A stretch of 64,000 nt of DNA from Eledone cirrhosa (lineage: Eukaryota): NCBI GenBank assembly GCA_964016885.1, contig OZ024751.1, positions 4,216,001 to 4,280,000 of the forward strand, in the 5' to 3' direction. The translations under genes were made by a program, and so were the position numbers. Under the pieces are notes generated by a model, which saw only the letters and a list, made by a program, of their open reading frames with translations, did no database searches and was not told where the DNA came from. This document shows, piece by piece, positions 56,314-64,000 of the stretch (positions within the stretch are counted from its first letter, which is position 1; every line of letters starts with the position of its first letter).

Positions 56314-56751
56314 TATACATATGCATACAGGTACACATACATATATGCACGTATCAGTTTAGCGGCGCTAACGTCGCTTTGTTCGTTTGTAAACAAACTG
56401 AACAGCCTGAATTTATGCCATACGGTGTTAAGGCAACCACGTCACCTTTTTGTTCAACACTGACACAGGAACGATGTACTAGTTTCAAGCTTGTTAGCTA
56501 TCATCAGCACCGTTTACCCATCTGCCAGATAGTTGAACGTTCGAAAGTATATACTTTCCTTATGAAAATTAACGGCTGAGCAGCCTAATTTGCATATTGA
56601 GTGAGTTAAATCGGTCAGGCATACCGAAAACGATAAATTGAAACAAAATGAAAACGAAATTTCATTTCTCACTCTTAGTATGGCACTTACTTAAATGTAA
56701 GTATGCATGTATACGTACATACATATATGTATACAGACGTACAGTAGCATG

Positions 56752-56793
<42 letters not shown>

Positions 56794-57704
56794 TATACAT
56801 ATGCATACAGGTACACATACATATATGCACGTATCAGTTTAGCGGCGCTAACGTCGCTTTGTTCGTTTGTAAACAAACTGAACAGCCTGAATTTATGCCA
56901 TACGGTGTTAAGGCAACCACGTCACCTTTTTGTTCAACACTGACACAGGAACGATGTACTAGTTTCAAGCTTGTTAGCTATCATCAGCACCGTTTACCCA
57001 TCTGCCAGATAGTTGAACGTTCGAAAGTATATACTTTCCTTATGAAAATTAACGGCTGAGCAGCCTAATTTGCATATTGAGTGAGTTAAATCGGTCAGGC
57101 ATACCGAAAACGATAAATTGAAACAAAATGAAAACGAAATTTCATTTCTCACTCTTAGTATGGCACTTACTTAAATGTAAGTATGCATGTATACGTACAT
57201 ACATATATGTATACAGACGTACAGTAGCATGCACATATATATATATATATATATACACATATATATACATATGCATACAGGTACACATACATATATGCAC
57301 GTATCAGTTTAGCGGCGCTAACGTCGCTTTGTTCGTTTGTAAACAAACTGAACAGCCTGAATTTATGCCATACGGTGTTAAGGCAACCACGTCACCTTTT
57401 TGTTCAACACTGACACAGGAACGATGTACTAGTTTCAAGCTTGTTAGCTATCATCAGCACCGTTTACCCATCTGCCAGATAGTTGAACGTTCGAAAGTAT
57501 ATACTTTCCTTATGAAAATTAACGGCTGAGCAGCCTAATTTGCATATTGAGTGAGTTAAATCGGTCAGGCATACCGAAAACGATAAATTGAAACAAAATG
57601 AAAACGAAATTTCATTTCTCACTCTTAGTATGGCACTTACTTAAATGTAAGTATGCATGTATACGTACATACATATATGTATACAGACGTACAGTAGCAT
57701 GCAC

Positions 57705-57735
<31 letters not shown>

Positions 57736-58176
57736 TATACATATGCATACAGGTACACATACATATATGCACGTATCAGTTTAGCGGCGCTAACGTCGCT
57801 TTGTTCGTTTGTAAACAAACTGAACAGCCTGAATTTATGCCATACGGTGTTAAGGCAACCACGTCACCTTTTTGTTCAACACTGACACAGGAACGATGTA
57901 CTAGTTTCAAGCTTGTTAGCTATCATCAGCACCGTTTACCCATCTGCCAGATAGTTGAACGTTCGAAAGTATATACTTTCCTTATGAAAATTAACGGCTG
58001 AGCAGCCTAATTTGCATATTGAGTGAGTTAAATCGGTCAGGCATACCGAAAACGATAAATTGAAACAAAATGAAAACGAAATTTCATTTCTCACTCTTAG
58101 TATGGCACTTACTTAAATGTAAGTATGCATGTATACGTACATACATATATGTATACAGACGTACAGTAGCATGCAC

Positions 58177-58207
<31 letters not shown>

Positions 58208-59114
58208 TATACATATGCATACAGGTACACATACATATATGCACGTATCAGTTTAGCGGCGCTAACGTCGCTTTGTTCGTTTGTAAACAAACTGAACAGC
58301 CTGAATTTATGCCATACGGTGTTAAGGCAACCACGTCACCTTTTTGTTCAACACTGACACAGGAACGATGTACTAGTTTCAAGCTTGTTAGCTATCATCA
58401 GCACCGTTTACCCATCTGCCAGATAGTTGAACGTTCGAAAGTATATACTTTCCTTATGAAAATTAACGGCTGAGCAGCCTAATTTGCATATTGAGTGAGT
58501 TAAATCGGTCAGGCATACCGAAAACGATAAATTGAAACAAAATGAAAACGAAATTTCATTTCTCACTCTTAGTATGGCACTTACTTAAATGTAAGTATGC
58601 ATGTATACGTACATACATATATGTATACAGACGTACAGTAGCATGCACATATATATATATATATATATACACATATATATACATATGCATACAGGTACAC
58701 ATACATATATGCACGTATCAGTTTAGCGGCGCTAACGTCGCTTTGTTCGTTTGTAAACAAACTGAACAGCCTGAATTTATGCCATACGGTGTTAAGGCAA
58801 CCACGTCACCTTTTTGTTCAACACTGACACAGGAACGATGTACTAGTTTCAAGCTTGTTAGCTATCATCAGCACCGTTTACCCATCTGCCAGATAGTTGA
58901 ACGTTCGAAAGTATATACTTTCCTTATGAAAATTAACGGCTGAGCAGCCTAATTTGCATATTGAGTGAGTTAAATCGGTCAGGCATACCGAAAACGATAA
59001 AATGAAACAAAATGAAAACGAAATTTCATTTCTCACTCTTAGTATGGCACTTACTTAAATGTAAGTATGCATGTATACGTACATACATATATGTATACAG
59101 ACGTACAGTAGCAT

Positions 59115-59153
<39 letters not shown>

Positions 59154-62100
59154 TATACATATGCATACAGGTACACATACATATATGCACGTATCAGTTT
59201 AGCGGCGCTAACGTCGCTTTGTTCGTTTGTAAACAAACTGAACAGCCTGAATTTATGCCATACGGTGTTAAGGCAACCACGTCACCTTTTTGTTCAACAC
59301 TGACACAGGAACGATGTACTAGTTTCAAGCTTGTTAGCTATCATCAGCACCGTTTACCCATCTGCCAGATAGTTGAACGTTCGAAAGTATATACTTTCCT
59401 TATGAAAATTAACGGCTGAGCAGCCTAATTTGCATATTGAGTGAGTTAAATCGGTCAGGCATACCGAAAACGATAAATTGAAACAAAATGAAAACGAAAT
59501 TTCATTTCTCACTCTTAGTATGGCACTTACTTAAATGTAAGTATGCATGTATACGTACATACGTATATGTATACAGACGTACAGTAGCATGCACATATAT
59601 ATATATATATATATACACATATATATACATATGCATACAGGTACACATACATATATGCACGTATCAGTTTAGCGGCGCTAACGTCGCTTTGTTCGTTTGT
59701 AAACAAACTGAACAGCCTGAATTTATGCCATACGGTGTTAAGGCAACCACGTCACCTTTTTGTTCAACACTGACACAGGAACGATGTACTAGTTTCAAGC
59801 TTGTTAGCTATCATCAGCACCGTTTACCCATCTGCCAGATAGTTGAACGTTCGAAAGTATATACTTTCCTTATGAAAATTAACGGCTGAGCAGCCTAATT
59901 TGCATATTGAGTGAGTTAAATCGGTCAGGCATACCGAAAACGATAAATTGAAACAAAATGAAAACGAAATTTCATTTCTCACTCTTAGTATGGCACTTAC
60001 TTAAATGTAAGTATGCATGTATACGTACATACATATATGTATACAGACGTACAGTAGCATGCACATATATATATATATATGTATACACATATATATACAT
60101 ATGCATACAGGTACACATACATATATGCACGTATCAGTTTAGCGGCGCTAACGTCGCTTTGTTCGTTTGTAAACAAACTGAACAGCCTGAATTTATGCCA
60201 TACGGTGTTAAGGCAACCACGTCACCTTTTTGTTCAACACTGACACAGGAACGATGTACTAGTTTCAAGTTTGTTAGCTATCATCAGCACCGTTTACCCA
60301 TCTGCCAGATAGTTGAACGTTCGAAAGTATATACTTTCCTTATGAAAATTAACGGCTGAGCAGCCTAATTTGCATATTGAGTGAGTTAAATCGGTCAGGC
60401 ATACCGAAAACGATAAATTGAAACAAAATGAAAACGAAATTTCATTTCTCACTCTTAGTATGGCACTTACTTAAATGTAAGTATGCATGTATACGTACAT
60501 ACATATATGTATACAGACGTACAGTAGCATGCACATATATATATATATACACATATATATACATATGCATACAGGTACACATACATATATGCACGTATCA
60601 GTTTAGCGGCGCTAACGTCGCTTTGTTCGTTTGTAAACAAACTGAACAGCCTGAATTTATGCCATACGGTGTTAAGGCAACCACGTCACCTTTTTGTTCA
60701 ACACTGACACAGGAACGATGTACTAGTTTCAAGCTTGTTAGCTATCATCAGCACCGTTTACCCATCTGCCAGATAGTTGAACGTTCGAAAGTATATACTT
60801 TCCTTATGAAAATTAACGGCTGAGCAGCCTAATTTGCATATTGATTGAGTTAAATCGGTCAGGCATACCGAAAACGATAAATTGAAACAAAATGAAAACG
60901 AAATTTCATTTCTCACTCTTAGTATGGCACTTACTTAAATGTAAGTATGCATGTATACGTACATACATATATGTATACAGACGTACAGTAGCATGCACAT
61001 ATATATATATATATATATACACATATATATACATATGCATACAGGTACACATACATATATGCACGTATCAGTTTAGCGGCGCTAACGTCGCTTTGTTCGT
61101 TTGTAAACAAACTGAACAGCCTGAATTTATGCCATACGGTGTTAAGGCAACCACGTCACCTTTTTGTTCAACACTGACACAGGAACGATGTACTAGTTTC
61201 AAGCTTGTTAGCTATCATCAGCACCGTTTACCCATCTGCCAGATAGTTGAACGTTCGAAAGTATATACTTTCCTTATGAAAATTAACGGCTGAGCAGCCT
61301 AATTTGCATATTGAGTGAGTTAAATCGGTCAGGCATACCGAAAACGATAAATTGAAACAAAATGAAAACGAAATTTCATTTCTCACTCTTAGTATGGCAC
61401 TTACTTAAATGTAAGTATGCATGTATACGTACATACATATATGTATACAGACGTACAGTAGCATGCACATATATATATATATATGTATACACATATATAT
61501 ACATATGCATACAGGTACACATACATATATGCACGTATCAGTTTAGCGGCGCTAACGTCGCTTTGTTCGTTTGTAAACAAACTGAACAGCCTGAATTTAT
61601 GCCATACGGTGTTAAGGCAACCACGTCACCTTTTTGTTCAACACTGACACAGGAACGATGTACTAGTTTCAAGCTTGTTAGCTATCATCAGCACCGTTTA
61701 CCCATCTGCCAGATAGTTGAACGTTCGAAAGTATATACTTTCCTTATGAAAATTAACGGCTGAGCAGCCTAATTTGCATATTGAGTGAGTTAAATCGGTC
61801 AGGCATACCGAAAACGATAAATTGAAACAAAATGAAAACGAAATTTCATTTCTCACTCTTAGTATGGCACTTACTTAAATGTAAGTATGCATGTATACGT
61901 ACATACATATATGTATACAGACGTACAGTAGCATGCACATATATATATATATATATATACACATATATATACATATGCATACAGGTACACATACATATAT
62001 GCACGTATCAGTTTAGCGGCGCTAACGTCGCTTTGTTCGTTTGTAAACAAACTGAACAGCCTGAATTTATGCCATACGGTGTTAAGGCAACCACGTCACC

Positions 62101-64000
62101 TTTTTGTTCAACACTGACACAGGAACGATGTACTAGTTTCAAGCTTGTTAGCTATCATCAGCACCGTTTACCCATCTGCCAGATAGTTGAACGTTCGAAA
62201 GTATATACTTTCCTTATGAAAATTAACGGCTGAGCAGCCTAATTTGCATATTGAGTGAGTTAAATCGGTCAGGCATACCGAAAACGATAAATTGAAACAA
62301 AATGAAAACGAAATTTCATTTCTCACTCTTAGTATGGCACTTACTTAAATGTAAGTATGCATGTATACGTACATACATATATGTATACAGACGTACAGTA
62401 GCATGCACATATATATATATATATGTATACACATATATATACATATGCATACAGGTACACATACATATATGCACGTATCAGTTTAGCGGCGCTAACGTCG
62501 CTTTGTTCGTTTGTAAACAAACTGAACAGCCTGAATTTATGCCATACGGTGTTAAGGCAACCACGTCACCTTTTTGTTCAACACTGACACAGGAACGATG
62601 TACTAGTTTCAAGCTTGTTAGCTATCATCAGCACCGTTTACCCATCTGCCAGATAGTTGAACGTTCGAAAGTATATACTTTCCTTATGAAAATTAACGGC
62701 TGAGCAGCCTAATTTGCATATTGAGTGAGTTAAATCGGTCAGGCATACCGAAAACGATAAATTGAAACAAAATGAAAACGAAATTTCATTTCTCACTCTT
62801 AGTATGGCACTTACTTAAATGTAAGTATGCATGTATACGTACATACATATATGTATACAGACGTACAGTAGCATGCACATATATATATATATACACATAT
62901 ATATACATATGCATACAGGTACACATACATATATGCACGTATCAGTTTAGCGGCGCTAACGTCGCTTTGTTCGTTTGTAAACAAACTGAACAGCCTGAAT
63001 TTATGCCATACGGTGTTAAGGCAACCACGTCACCTTTTTGTTCAACACTGACACAGGAACGATGTACTAGTTTCAAGCTTGTTAGCTATCATCAGCACCG
63101 TTTACCCATCTGCCAGATAGTTGAACGTTCGAAAGTATATACTTTCCTTATGAAAATTAACGGCTGAGCAGCCTAATTTGCATATTGATTGAGTTAAATC
63201 GGTCAGGCATACCGAAAACGATAAATTGAAACAAAATGAAAACGAAATTTCATTTCTCACTCTTAGTATGGCACTTACTTAAATGTAAGTATGCATGTAT
63301 ACGTACATACATATATGTATACAGACGTACAGTAGCATGCACATATATATATATATATATATACACATATATATACATATGCATACAGGTACACATACAT
63401 ATATGCACGTATCAGTTTAGCGGCGCTAACGTCGCTTTGTTCGTTTGTAAACAAACTGAACAGCCTGAATTTATGCCATACGGTTTTAAGGCAACCACGT
63501 CACCTTTTTGTTCAACACTGACACAGGAACGATGTACTAGTTTCAAGCTTGTTAGCTATCATCAGCACCGTTTACCCATCTGCCAGATAGTTGAACGTTC
63601 GAAAGTATATACTTTCCTTATGAAAATTAACGGCTGAGCAGCCTAATTTGCATATTGAGTGAGTTAAATCGGTCAGGCATACCGAAAACGATAAATTGAA
63701 ACAAAATGAAAACGAAATTTCATTTCTCACTCTTAGTATGGCACTTACTTAAATGTAAGTATGCATGTATACGTACATACATATATGTATACAGACGTAC
63801 AGTAGCATGCACATATATATATATATATATATACACATATATATACATATGCATACAGGTACACATACATATATGCACGTATCAGTTTAGCGGCGCTAAC
63901 GTCGCTTTGTTCGTTTGTAAACAAACTGAACAGCCTGAATTTATGCCATACGGTGTTAAGGCAACCACGTCACCTTTTTGTTCAACACTGACACAGGAAC

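Larger units (their letters stand above)
39205..64000 (-). repeat. Tandem array of ~470-bp monomers (462-480 bp), 52 complete plus 1 partial, each carrying a hammerhead ribozyme
   Basis: Periodic ORF-track starts (39220, 39690, 40160 ... 63236). Monomers differ only by the internal (TA)n length and rare SNPs. The array continues past the window end. Confidence 0.97.

Noticed and set aside
39220-63637. Repeated 133-aa ORF ([10 protein letters not shown]...) as a tandem gene family
   Set aside because: It runs through a (TA)n microsatellite, is frameshifted in many monomers by 2-bp length changes, has no recognisable domain, and is not conserved in the sister element.
39205-64000. CRISPR array or rDNA/5S/snRNA/tRNA tandem cluster
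   Set aside because: There are no unique spacers or cas genes. I recognise no 5S, U-snRNA, spliced-leader or tRNA sequence in the monomer (not checked with Infernal).

Overview
Repeat-saturated eukaryotic DNA. The SINE families and very long (TA)n tracts suggest a cephalopod such as an octopus, but this is an inference. No intact host gene is recognisable. The left 39 kb is a patchwork of decayed retroelements separated by (TA)n/(TATG)n tracts: RTE LINEs with a PHD finger inside the RT, CR1-like LINEs, tRNA-derived CORE-like SINEs, solo LTRs, a DD37D (maT) Tc1/mariner remnant, MITEs and Penelope-like ends. From ~39205 to the end of the window lies a highly homogeneous ~470-bp tandem array (52 complete monomers plus a partial one). 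Main finding: each monomer carries a type I hammerhead ribozyme on the minus strand (stem I-CUGAUGA-stem II-GAAA-palindromic stem III-GUA), set in a long hairpin and preceded by an octamer motif. A diverged dispersed relative at 31.5-32.1 kb has a 469-bp period and the same octamer. It also has a hammerhead whose stems differ in sequence but keep their pairing. This points to a retrozyme-like, self-cleaving, possibly circular-RNA-producing element that has expanded into a satellite. At least four other hammerhead motifs occur in Penelope-like fragments in the window. All ribozyme folds were done by eye and activity is untested.
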